41,204 bases of DNA from Candidatus Staskawiczbacteria bacterium RIFCSPHIGHO2_01_FULL_39_25 (GTDB taxonomy: Bacteria > Patescibacteriota > Minisyncoccia > Minisyncoccales > Staskawiczbacteraceae). Of this stretch, positions 7,780 through 16,900 are shown one piece after another; the first letter of the stretch is position 1; every line of letters starts with the position of its first letter. The notes under the pieces are model-generated. The model was not told the origin of the DNA and did no database searches. It was given only the letters and a program-made list of their open reading frames with translations. The position numbers and the translations under genes were made by a program. The stretch covers positions 1 through 41,204 of the forward strand of contig MHOO01000009.1 in NCBI GenBank assembly GCA_001820095.1, read 5' to 3'.

Positions 7780-9489
7780 TTACATTTTTTCTGGCGCAGG
7801 TATCCCTAATAACCAAAGCCCATTTTTCATAATAATTGAAAAAGCTTTTGTAATAGCTATTTTGTATGGAGAAAATTCATCATTTTTCTCTACAATTTTA
7901 TTGTTTGCATAATAGTTGTTAAATTCTCTTGCCAATTCGGTCAGGTACGTTGTTATAAGATGGGGCTCATATTCTTGTCCGGCCTTCGCTGCTATTTCAG
8001 GAAACCTGCATAACATTTTTTCTAAATCGGTTATCTTGTCGGGCAAATCCTTAAATAATGGTTTAATTTTTTCCACTTTTGCTTTTTCTAAAACTGACAA
8101 CGCCCGCACTAATGAGTATTGTAAATACGGCCCCGAATCTCCCTCAAAAGAGATAGATTTTTCAATATTGTAAATTATATCACTCCCAATCGACTGCTTA
8201 AGAATGGAATATTTTATAGCTCCAATAGCCACTTTCTCTGCAATTTCATTTTTTTCCCTTTCAGTAAATTTTCTTGCTTCAATTTTTCCTGAAACTATTT
8301 TTTTAACTTCCTCAAATAAAAATTCAAATGTTACCACATTTCCAGTTCTTGAAGACATCTTACCTTCCGGCAAACGTAACATACCATGCCAAATATGCTT
8401 TGTTTTCTTTGCTAGTTCGGGAAACATTTCAGTCATTGCTCCTAATACAACTTTGAAATATTCGATTATTTCATTCCCAGTTACAATAATCGATACATCA
8501 TATTTAAACTTATCGTATTTAATCTTTGCTAGGCCTAATTCTTTTGCTTCATAAGTTGCGAGCCCTTCTGAATTAATAAAAACCCTTGTGTGCAAACCTA
8601 ATTTCTCACCCTTAAAAATGGTGGCGCCTCTCTCACCCTTTTCAAAAATGCCCTTTTTTAATCCATCCTCAACTACTCTTTTCCCAAAAGTAGCAATTTT
8701 ACTTTCAAAAAAGTAGTAATCGAATTTTGTGCCAAGCTTCTTATAAATTTTTTCGAATTCTTTTAAACTTACTTTTCTTCCCTCTTCGTATAATTTATTA
8801 ATTCCCTTATCACTTTTATCATATATTTTTCTGTTAATCTCTATAATTTCTTTCTTAATATCTCCGTCGCTTTCGTACGCTTGAGAACCATATGCATAAC
8901 CTGCTGAAAAATCCTTTAAACTATCGAAATCAAATGAAGAATTTCTATGCTTTCTTATATCCATTACACCCCAAATTGCTTTTGCTACATGCAATCCTAC
9001 ATCCCCTTGATAATTAGCTCTTTTAACGTTACCCCCCTGAAATTCAATAATTCTTGATATTGATTCCCCAGTAGAGTTATTACTCAAATGCCCAATGTGA
9101 AATACCTTAAATGGATTGGGATCAGTATACTCCACAATAACTTTTTTATCTTTTAAAATATTATTTCTACCAAAAATTTTAGGATGTTTTAAAACTTCTT
9201 TTACAGTATCCTTAAAAAAATCCCGTGAAAGGTAAAAATTAATGAAACCGGGGGAAGCTGCTTCAATTTTTTCAAAAAGACTGTGTTGGCCAATTCCACC
9301 AGCAACTTTTTTAGCTATTTCCAAGGGGTTTTTTTTCAATTCCTTGGCTATCTGCAAGGCAATATTCGTAGAATAATCCCCATAAGTTTTTTCTACCGGA
9401 CGTTCAACAACAATTTCAGGGACGCCAAAATCGCCAAATTCTTTTTTAATGGCTGCCCTAACTAACTTTTCTATTTGTTGTTGTACCAT
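7780..9489 (-). CDS. argS: Arginine--tRNA ligase
   Basis: GDYSTN, PNPFKVFHIGH, KMSSRTGN, GPYLQY. Confidence 0.96.
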   Translation of the reverse strand: MVQQQIEKLVRAAIKKEFGDFGVPEIVVERPVEKTYGDYSTNIALQIAKELKKNPLEIAKKVAGGIGQHSLFEKIEAASPGFINFYLSRDFFKDTVKEVLKHPKIFGRNNILKDKKVIVEYTDPNPFKVFHIGHLSNNSTGESISRIIEFQGGNVKRANYQGDVGLHVAKAIWGVMDIRKHRNSSFDFDSLKDFSAGYAYGSQAYESDGDIKKEIIEINRKIYDKSDKGINKLYEEGRKVSLKEFEKIYKKLGTKFDYYFFESKIATFGKRVVEDGLKKGIFEKGERGATIFKGEKLGLHTRVFINSEGLATYEAKELGLAKIKYDKFKYDVSIIVTGNEIIEYFKVVLGAMTEMFPELAKKTKHIWHGMLRLPEGKMSSRTGNVVTFEFLFEEVKKIVSGKIEARKFTEREKNEIAEKVAIGAIKYSILKQSIGSDIIYNIEKSISFEGDSGPYLQYSLVRALSVLEKAKVEKIKPLFKDLPDKITDLEKMLCRFPEIAAKAGQEYEPHLITTYLTELAREFNNYYANNKIVEKNDEFSPYKIAITKAFSIIMKNGLWLLGIPAPEKM

Positions 9490-10166
9490 TATTGGATAAC
9501 CGTTCCCACAAACGGCTTATTATTTAAAAAGTCTTCAAGCCGCTCTAGTTTTTTACCGTTGATAATAGCCACTTTTATTTTTAAAATTTCTGCCATTTTT
9601 GATGCCCTGGGGTCAAATGGCGCTGATAAACCCGGCGTCCATTTATTGCCCACCATCTTCCTGAAATCCTTCCAACTAATTTCTTTTAACGGCCTTGCAT
9701 CCTTATAACGGTTGGGATCTTTATCATGAATATGATTAATATTGGTCATATTGATAATAGTTTTAATACCCATATTTTTGGCAAGCATTACCGAGCAATA
9801 GTCTGTTGACCAACCTGGCTTCCAACCGGCAAATATTATCACATCCCGCCTTGAATTCACCTTTTTTGTAGGATCAATAAGCACATGGTCAAAGGAAAGC
9901 TTATCAAATGATTGTTTTACCACTTCTGCGTTCAGCCTTGAAATATTAATTCCTATCTGATCCCGTTCTTTATTGTCAGCGCCAAAATCTAACAAGGCTT
10001 TCTGGTAGCTTCTGCATATTTTCCCCCCACCGACAAAAATAAAAAACCTCTTTTTTTGAAGATGTTTTGTAATTGTTTTTTTAAAAACCTTCAAAAAAGC
10101 GGTATCAATATCGCTAGGGGCCACCAGCGACCCGCCTAAAGAAACGATAACAGCTTCTTTTATCAT
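9489..10166 (-). CDS. pyrH: UMP kinase (archaeal-type)
   Basis: SLGGS, VGGGKICR.YQ, PGWSTD, DKDP, APFDP.AS. Confidence 0.9.
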   Translation of the reverse strand: MIKEAVIVSLGGSLVAPSDIDTAFLKVFKKTITKHLQKKRFFIFVGGGKICRSYQKALLDFGADNKERDQIGINISRLNAEVVKQSFDKLSFDHVLIDPTKKVNSRRDVIIFAGWKPGWSTDYCSVMLAKNMGIKTIINMTNINHIHDKDPNRYKDARPLKEISWKDFRKMVGNKWTPGLSAPFDPRASKMAEILKIKVAIINGKKLERLEDFLNNKPFVGTVIQ

Positions 10167-10274
10167 TTAAAAATTTTATCATAAAAAAGCGTAAAAACAA
10201 AGTGGGATTGATACATCACAAGATACTTGCTACTATGGATTAACCTCGGCACCTTAACATTATGGAGACCAATT

Positions 10275-10556
10275 ATGTCCAAATACAAGGAACGAGCCGG
10301 ACGCGCATGGCACATGATATCTATGATCATATTGTACATTGCCTACACCTGGCCAATTAGTGCTAAAAATTCTGAAGAAACGAATGCGGCATTCTGGAAA
10401 TTAATATCCTGTTTAGGCATTGTAACGCTGTGCCTGTTAATTGTTGCAATCACCAGTTGGTATCGCATTGATATACTCAAATTTTTGGACAGGTTTAAAA
10501 ATCTCACCATCAAAATCCGCAAACGGAAAAAAGACCTTGAATTTGATAAGCTCTAA
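10275..10556 (+). CDS. Small hypothetical membrane protein
   Basis: ATG at 10275 after GGAG; two hydrophobic segments; followed by terminator. Confidence 0.6.
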   Translation: MSKYKERAGRAWHMISMIILYIAYTWPISAKNSEETNAAFWKLISCLGIVTLCLLIVAITSWYRIDILKFLDRFKNLTIKIRKRKKDLEFDKL

Positions 10557-10564
10557 CGCAAACA

Positions 10565-10597
10565 AAAAGCCCCGCCAAAAGCCGGGGCTCTTTTTTA
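10565..10597. terminator. Intrinsic terminator between convergent genes
   Basis: AGCCCCG..CGGGGCT plus T tract. Confidence 0.65.
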
Positions 10598-10617
10598 CCT
10601 TTTATATACTAGACCTA

Positions 10618-11001
10618 CTATATTTTCTCCGCTCGCCACTGTTCATTAACCCATAAAAGAATAATTTCTCCCCCAAATCCAAACGATTCAACGGTTTTTT
10701 TAGCTTTTTGCAAGTGCAAAAGCTGGATATCTTTTTCAACTGGATTCCCCGCGCACCCATGGTGCCCCACAATAGCCAGCACCGTGGCCCTATGATGGTG
10801 GAAAGAAATTCCCACTCTTGTTTTTATGTTCTCAATAATAGAGGAGTTAATATTTTCTGCCAAAATTTTATTGGGACCGGGTTCTGTCACCATATCCACA
10901 AAATCCACCTTGTAGGCATCTTTCATATAATTTTTAACCGCGTCTTGGACCCTGCCGTCCATGCAGTTAATAGCGCACGCAAATGTTTGTTTTGTTTCCA
11001 T
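10618..11001 (-). CDS. Putative beta-class-like carbonic anhydrase
   Basis: CMDGR and HxxC (HHGCAGN) zinc ligands. Confidence 0.8.
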   Translation of the reverse strand: METKQTFACAINCMDGRVQDAVKNYMKDAYKVDFVDMVTEPGPNKILAENINSSIIENIKTRVGISFHHHRATVLAIVGHHGCAGNPVEKDIQLLHLQKAKKTVESFGFGGEIILLWVNEQWRAEKI

Positions 11002-11028
11002 AATATTTTTATGTTAATTGCAGTATTA

Positions 11029-11340
11029 AGGGGTGTGGGACTCGAACAGAACCACTTGAGCTCTCGTATATTGCTTGTATTCAAGGATTGAGGAATGAAA
11101 CGATGCCTTGCGCATCGTTTCATTCTGAATACGAAGAAGACAAGCAAGTGACAGAGCCCGAAGGGAAGCGAAAACAGAGATGATGTCTGCGTTGCGACTT
11201 CGGAAACATAGCGCAAGGCTATGTTTCCTCGTCGCGCCTTGACCTCATCTCTGTTTTCGAGGACGGGGCGAATTTGCTAAAGCAAATTACGCCTCGCGTC
11301 CCTACTTCTCAAGCTGGTTCTGTTCGAGTCCCACACCCCT
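11029..11340. repeat. 312-bp structured element with 26-bp perfect terminal inverted repeats
   Basis: AGGGGTGTGGGACTCGAACAGAACCA / TGGTTCTGTTCGAGTCCCACACCCCT; several internal hairpins. Confidence 0.8.
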
Positions 11341-12010
11341 AGGGGGCATCCACACGCAACACGGGCAAAACCCCTGATCCATTTACATAAATATTATTAG
11401 CAAAATACAGGTCAAGCGAAACTCTTACCGTATTATTTGCTAATGGCTCCAATGAAACCTCCCCTTTTAAAAGACTCCTCGCTACAAGCCCTTGATCTAG
11501 AGATTGGCCATTAAAATCACTTCTGCCTAGTGATGGATTGAATACATAGGTCGCTTTCTCAAAACTTTTAAAATTGAAAACGGTAATTTCCCTGATATGG
11601 GATGTATTGCTATCCTTCATCGCTATTACATAATCTTTGGGGCATGGATTTTGACCGCACGAAGCGCCCGAAGAGATAATTTCAAAATCACAAAATGTTG
11701 GCAAAAAATCTCCCCCGGTAACTTTAAGATTCATGCCGCAACTTGAAACCTGGCTATCTTGAGTTTCTTCTTTAGTGTTTTCTTGGTTAATTGTTTGAGT
11801 GTCAGCTCCTTTATTTTCATTATTTATATTTGATGCATCGTTATTAATAGCAGTATCAGTGACGCCTATATCTTGTTTTTTTTCATGCTGTGTTGCCACA
11901 GAAAACGGCTTCAGGTTTTTTATTTTTACCATATAATATATTCCGCTTCCCAAAAAAAACAATCCCGCAATTATTACTAATAACATTATAAATCCTTTTT
12001 GTTTATTCAT
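11339..12010 (-). CDS. Exported hypothetical protein with prepilin-like N-terminus
   Basis: MNKQKG/FIMLLVII class III-like signal, low-complexity linker, Cys-containing C-terminal domain. Confidence 0.7.
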   Translation of the reverse strand: MNKQKGFIMLLVIIAGLFFLGSGIYYMVKIKNLKPFSVATQHEKKQDIGVTDTAINNDASNINNENKGADTQTINQENTKEETQDSQVSSCGMNLKVTGGDFLPTFCDFEIISSGASCGQNPCPKDYVIAMKDSNTSHIREITVFNFKSFEKATYVFNPSLGRSDFNGQSLDQGLVARSLLKGEVSLEPLANNTVRVSLDLYFANNIYVNGSGVLPVLRVDAP

Positions 12011-12034
12011 AGCCGTAATCCTAAATTACTAAAG

Positions 12035-12117
12035 CGGAGGAGGTGGGACTCGAACCCACGAACCCCGAAGGGTCACGGTTTTCAAGACCGTTCTAATAGC
12101 CGCTATAGGACTCCTCC
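12035..12117 (-). tRNA. tRNA-Ser(TGA)
   Basis: GGAGGAG/CTCCTCC acceptor, ACGGT-CTTGAAA-ACCGT, long variable arm, GTTCGAGTC. Confidence 0.93.
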
Positions 12118-12192
12118 GATTGATTTTTATCATAAATTTAATTAAAAATCAAATTGACTTAATTAGTTTTTAAGGTTAAGCTAAAAAGCACT

Positions 12193-12282
12193 GGAGAGGT
12201 GCGTGAGTGGTTTAAACGAAAGGTTTGCTAAACCTTGCCGGCGCAAGCTGGCTCGTGGGTTCAAATCCCACCCTCTCCGCCA
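12193..12282 (+). tRNA. tRNA-Ser(GCT)
   Basis: GGAGAGG/CCTCTCC-GCCA, AAGGT-TTGCTAA-ACCTT, long variable arm. Confidence 0.95.
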
Positions 12283-12292
12283 AATTGTAAAG

Positions 12293-12367
12293 GTCCCCAT
12301 AGTTCAGTGGATAGAATACGAGCTTGCGGAGCTCGGGACGGAAGTTCGACTCTTCCTGGGGACACCA
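12293..12367 (+). tRNA. tRNA-Arg(GCG)
   Basis: GTCCCCA/TGGGGAC-ACCA, CGAGC-TTGCGGA-GCTCG. Confidence 0.93.
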
Positions 12368-12557
12368 CATTGAAAGATTTAGGGCAATATATCGTCATAA
12401 TAGGTGTAGGGATGTAAGATGCATTCCCATAGGTAACGAAAAATCTTGCATTTTCATAATTTTCTCTAAAAAAGATTTGCCAGTTATACAGTCTTTATAC
12501 TTACTTTAGAAACTAGGCAGAATCCTCTAGAAATAACTATGGAATAGCAAAAAATTT

Positions 12558-13496
12558 ATGGAAAATAATAAAAACATTATTCTTACGGTTGTCATTGTGG
12601 CTTTAATCGCGCTGGCTGCGCTGGGCGTTTACTATTACAATCAGGAAATCCCTGAAAATGGCGACTCAACTACCAACGGCACAGAGCAGGGAAAAATGAT
12701 CTTAGGCATTACTGATGCGGCGGCCTCCATGGAAAACATCAGTTCAGTATGGCTTACGGTAAATAAAGTAGAAATCCACGATGAAACAAAAGGATGGATT
12801 GTCGTATCAAATGAAACCAAGCAGTATGATCTTCTCGCCTTAAAGCAGTCGGGAGCCATAGCATTGCTTGCCACTGCCGATATTGATGCTGGCACTTATA
12901 ATCAAGTGAGAATTATGGTAAGCAAAGTGGTAGTAGTAGAAAACGGCGTAGAAAAAGAAGCAAAGCTGCCTTCTAAAGAGTTGAAAATTGTAGGAAGATT
13001 CGTAGTTAATGAAGATAAAACATCCACAGCAGTGTTTGACTTCTTGGCAGACAAATCGTTGCATGTAACCGGAAATGGCAAAATTATTTTTGCTCCGGTT
13101 ATAAAATTGGATTCAAAAAGCAATGCTGATGTCCAAGTAAAAACCAATAGCGAGGTAACCATAAACGGCGGGAGGAAAGAAGATGAAAAAACCGTGGGAA
13201 TGGATGAAAAAGGCGAGCTGAAAGTAAATTTTATCCTAGACACCAAAGACGGAGTTGATATTCTGGGAGATGTCATAAAAATTATGGTAAAAGGAGAGAG
13301 TGAAAGCAACGCAAAAATAAGCGCCAATACTGCTATTGATACCGCCGTAGACAAAGGATATCTGGATGTTGCGCTTTCCGTGAAGATGACCACCCAGAAT
13401 AACACCAAGGCATGGATGGTAAGCGGATTAAAAGACTTGGAACTGAAAAACATACTGATTAATGCATCAACCGGCACCGTAATAACTGCCGAATAG
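12558..13496 (+). CDS. DUF4382-like membrane-anchored protein with C-terminal PepSY-like domain
   Basis: TM anchor; GITDAA, YDLLAL, AGTYNQVR, PSKELKI, FDFLADKSLHVTGNGK; terminal INASTG.V. Confidence 0.75.
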   Translation: MENNKNIILTVVIVALIALAALGVYYYNQEIPENGDSTTNGTEQGKMILGITDAAASMENISSVWLTVNKVEIHDETKGWIVVSNETKQYDLLALKQSGAIALLATADIDAGTYNQVRIMVSKVVVVENGVEKEAKLPSKELKIVGRFVVNEDKTSTAVFDFLADKSLHVTGNGKIIFAPVIKLDSKSNADVQVKTNSEVTINGGRKEDEKTVGMDEKGELKVNFILDTKDGVDILGDVIKIMVKGESESNAKISANTAIDTAVDKGYLDVALSVKMTTQNNTKAWMVSGLKDLELKNILINASTGTVITAE

Positions 13497-13507
13497 TTGC
13501 GCCATTA

Positions 13508-13537
13508 ACAAAAGCCCCATATGGGGCTTTTGTTTTT
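13508..13537 (+). terminator. Intrinsic terminator
   Basis: ACAAAAGCCCCA-ta-TGGGGCTTTTGT TTTT. Confidence 0.8.
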
Positions 13538-13606
13538 CAGAACAGCTTTAGGCCTTGAATTACGAAAAAGCAATCAACAAGATTGCTTTTTTTAAATTTT
13601 TGTAGG

Positions 13607-13615
13607 TTATCCACA
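13607..13615 (+). promoter_or_regulatory. DnaA box upstream of nrdA
   Basis: Perfect TTATCCACA. Confidence 0.55.
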
Positions 13616-13698
13616 GGATTTATTCGTTGACAAGCAGTTGTTTGTTTTTTTTATTTTTTATATAATAGAATAATTCAAAAAAATTTAAATTTTTTACC

Positions 13699-13718
13699 TC
13701 CAACACCATGGTGTTGGA
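13699..13718. promoter_or_regulatory. Perfect 20-bp palindrome, candidate operator (NrdR-like position)
   Basis: TCCAACACCATGGTGTTGGA downstream of TATAAT (~13662). Confidence 0.5.
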
Positions 13719-13736
13719 AAATTTTTCGCCAAAATT

Positions 13737-13922
13737 TTAATAACTTTGAATCACGAAATGCTTTCGCGGTATTTTTCCAGAATTTGGAGATAGAAATTTG
13801 ATAGAATTTTCAGGCTTACGCAACGCGTCCGCCTGAAAATTATAGCGAATTTATAGCCCAAATTCTGGGAAAAGACCCGAAACTCGTTTTTTCAAGGTGC
13901 ATTTCGTAATTCAAAGTATTAA
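13737..13922 (+). ncRNA. Long rod-like hairpin in nrdA leader
   Basis: Nested pairings ACTTTGAATCACGAAATGC/GCATTTCGTAATTCAAAGT, CCAGAATTTGG/CCAAATTCTGG, AATTTTCAGGC/GCCTGAAAATT. Confidence 0.55.
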
Positions 13923-13936
13923 TAACTATTTAAAAC

Positions 13937-16657
13937 ATGGAGTTAACTATCACCAAACGAGACGGCACCAAAGAATTGTTTAATGCAGACAGAATTAACC
14001 GGTCTATAGAGCGCGCCGCTTTTGGAATGATAGATCCTATTGCAAAAGTTACCCAAGTTGCTACCGATACCAAAGTAACGCTCTATGACGGCATTACCAC
14101 CGAAGAATTAGATTTGGCAACCATTAATGCCGCGGTGCAAAATATAAAAGAAAATCCTGATTACGACAAAATTGCCACTCGTTTGTTGTTAAAAACCGTT
14201 TACAAGCACGTATTAGGAGATTATGGTGAAGACCAAAGCCAGTTAAAAAAACTACACCGGGAAAATTTTTCCGCTTATGTTAAAAAAGGCGTCCAGGATG
14301 GAATTTTAGATTCCAGAATGGAGAAAAATTTTGATTTGGAAAAATTAGCAAGCGCATTAGATATTGAACGCGATGAATTATTTATTTATGCCGGTTTATC
14401 CAGCTTGCTTGACCGATATTCGGTGAAAAATAAATATCAAAAAGCTTTTGAAACTCCCCAGTACCTTTTTATGCGAGTTGCCATGGGAAACTCTTACCAT
14501 GAAAAAGATCCTACCGAATGGGCCATAAAATTCTACGAAAAAATGTCCGGCCACGAATACATCGCTGGCGGGTCTACCAATATCAACGCGGGGGTTCCCA
14601 ATCCCGCCCTTTCAAACTGTTTTTTGCTGGAAATCCATGATGATATGACCCACATCTCAAAGTCTGTAGCAGATGTTATGCTGTTGAGCAAGGCATCCGG
14701 CGGACTTGGAGCTTCTATTACTAAATTACGCGCAACCGGCTCTCCGCTTTCCTCAAACAACACTACCTCATCAGGCCCTACTCCTTTTGCAAAGATCATA
14801 GATACTGCAATAAGGGCGATACAAAGAGGCGGAAAGAAAAAAGGAGCACTGTGTTTTTATATGGAAAACTGGCACATTGATTTTCCTGAATTCATAGAGT
14901 GGAAGCACAACGCCGGCGATGATTACTTGAGGATGAGAACTGCAGATACTGCTGTTTTTATTTCCGATGAATTTATGAAACGGGTTGAACAGCGAGCCGA
15001 TTGGTACATGTTTGACCCCAAAGAAACTCCTGATTTGAATGAATTATACGGAAAAGCATTTTCAGCCAGGTACCAAGAATACGTGCAAATGGCAGAAGCC
15101 GGAAAACTACGAATGTTCAAAAAAGTTCCAGCCACTGAACAATATAGGGCAATCCTGGTGGCATTGCAGACTACTTCGCACCCCTGGCTTACCTTTAAAG
15201 ACCCTATTAACTTAAGGGCGCTCAACAATAATACCGGCACCATCCATATGTCCAACCTCTGCACCGAAATCTGCTTGCCCCAAGACAAAGATAATATTGC
15301 TGTGTGCAACTTGGCATCATTAAACTTGGCTGCTCATTTAAAAAAGAAGCAGGTTGACTGGCAGAAGCTTGAAGAATCAGTGAGATTAGCAATTAGGCAA
15401 CTAGATAATTTAATTGATATTAATGTGTTGCCTGTGCCAGAAGCGCGAAAATCAGATTCGGAAAACCGGGCCATTGGATTGGGCGTCATGGGTTTTTCCG
15501 ATGCCATTGAACAATTGGGTATGCCTTATGACAGCCCCCATACCTATGACTTTACCGACAAGATTTTTGAATTCATCAGCTATATGGCCATTGATGAATC
15601 AGCTAACCTGGCCGCAGAACGGGGAAGTTATAAAAATTTTACAGGTTCAGAGTGGTCAAAAGGAAAGGTGCCTATAGATACCATTGAAAAATTAGAGCAA
15701 GAACGAGGCATGGCACTGGATGTGGATAAAAAGTCAAAACAGAACTGGCTTGATTGGGAAACATTAAGAGGTAAGGTGAAAAATGGCATGAGAAACGCTA
15801 CCTTAATGGCCGTAGCTCCCAATGCCAACATTGGGTTGGTTGCGGGAACCACTCCGGGAATTGACCCTAGGTTTGCCCAGGTATTTTCACGAAACAAAAT
15901 TTCAGGAAAGTATTTGGACATCAATCATAACTTGGTCACCGAACTAAAAAATATGAACCTGTGGGACATGGTAAAAGACAAAATTATTGAACTGCAAGGA
16001 GACATTTCATCTATAGAGCAGATTCCGCCCCACATCCGGGAAATTTATAAAACATCTTTTTCGGTTTCTCCTTATGCCTTTATAGAAGTTGCCGCTAGGG
16101 CCCAAAAATGGGTTGACCAGGCATTGAGCCGAAATATGTATTTAGAAGACCGTGACATGGATAAAACCATGGACATTTATTATACGGCTTGGAGAAAAGG
16201 GGTAAAATCAACCTACTACTTGCACATGAAACCAAGACATACCGCCGAACAAAGCACCGTAGCCGTTAATAAGTCAGCCAAATTAGGAAAAACAGGGTTT
16301 GCCGCTGTTTTCAAGAAAACTGAAGCTATTGTTGAAGCTCCCCAAGAATTAGCAACCGCCGCCGTAGAAGAACCACCTATTGAAGAAAAAAATGACCAGC
16401 CAGAATCCTTTGACATGCCTCAGGACAAAGTTAATGATATAAAGCCAACGGTTACTATCCCCGTTGACCAAACTTCCAAACAAATTTTCAGCAATGTTCA
16501 AACTCAAATACCGCTCAATGGCGACCAGCAACCAGCAGCCAGCGACAAGCAAAAGACAGAAGGGCATTTTCATATCAAAGTAATTAACGGGAAAGAGTAC
16601 AAGGTGCATATGCCATCTGACCCGCAAGAGAAGTTTTTATGTGATGGATGCCAATAA
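13937..16657 (+). CDS. nrdA: Ribonucleoside-diphosphate reductase alpha subunit with N-terminal ATP cone
   Basis: ITKRDG ATP cone, SNCF, SNLCTEI, VCNL, STYY, C-terminal CDGCQ. Confidence 0.96.
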   Translation: MELTITKRDGTKELFNADRINRSIERAAFGMIDPIAKVTQVATDTKVTLYDGITTEELDLATINAAVQNIKENPDYDKIATRLLLKTVYKHVLGDYGEDQSQLKKLHRENFSAYVKKGVQDGILDSRMEKNFDLEKLASALDIERDELFIYAGLSSLLDRYSVKNKYQKAFETPQYLFMRVAMGNSYHEKDPTEWAIKFYEKMSGHEYIAGGSTNINAGVPNPALSNCFLLEIHDDMTHISKSVADVMLLSKASGGLGASITKLRATGSPLSSNNTTSSGPTPFAKIIDTAIRAIQRGGKKKGALCFYMENWHIDFPEFIEWKHNAGDDYLRMRTADTAVFISDEFMKRVEQRADWYMFDPKETPDLNELYGKAFSARYQEYVQMAEAGKLRMFKKVPATEQYRAILVALQTTSHPWLTFKDPINLRALNNNTGTIHMSNLCTEICLPQDKDNIAVCNLASLNLAAHLKKKQVDWQKLEESVRLAIRQLDNLIDINVLPVPEARKSDSENRAIGLGVMGFSDAIEQLGMPYDSPHTYDFTDKIFEFISYMAIDESANLAAERGSYKNFTGSEWSKGKVPIDTIEKLEQERGMALDVDKKSKQNWLDWETLRGKVKNGMRNATLMAVAPNANIGLVAGTTPGIDPRFAQVFSRNKISGKYLDINHNLVTELKNMNLWDMVKDKIIELQGDISSIEQIPPHIREIYKTSFSVSPYAFIEVAARAQKWVDQALSRNMYLEDRDMDKTMDIYYTAWRKGVKSTYYLHMKPRHTAEQSTVAVNKSAKLGKTGFAAVFKKTEAIVEAPQELATAAVEEPPIEEKNDQPESFDMPQDKVNDIKPTVTIPVDQTSKQIFSNVQTQIPLNGDQQPAASDKQKTEGHFHIKVINGKEYKVHMPSDPQEKFLCDGCQ

Positions 16658-16677
16658 TTTTTGCTACTGCAAAAATT

Positions 16678-16897
16678 AGAATTTTGAATTTAGAATTATG
16701 AATTTTGAATAGATAATTTGAATAAATTGATAGTATATTATAATAAAAAGCCCACGATGAATCGTTGGGCCTTATTTGTCAATAGTTGCACGAGACTTCC
16801 TTCTCTGATAAAATAAACCCACTTAAATTTAAAATATTTCAAATTTAGCAATTTCAAATTGAATTCAAATTTCAAATTGTAAATTTCAAATTCAAAA
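16678..16897. repeat. Heptamer-periodic tracts (GAATTTT... / ...TTCAAAT) in nrdA-nrdB spacer
   Basis: Degenerate 7-mers at 16678-16725 and complementary-type 7-mers at 16825-16897. Confidence 0.6.
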
Positions 16898-16900
16898 TCC

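Noticed and set aside
11029-11340. Intact or intron-containing tRNA; ORF 10923..11216
   Set aside because: Only T-arm-like ends in inverted orientation, with no D or anticodon arm found. The ORF crosses hairpins and overlaps the carbonic anhydrase gene.
12235-12509. Short ORFs over and after the tRNA-Ser/Arg genes, or an integrase remnant
   Set aside because: They overlap tRNAs, and no tRNA 3' duplication or integrase motif was found.
13607-13615. Replication origin
   Set aside because: Only one DnaA box seen, with no dnaA/dnaN nearby.
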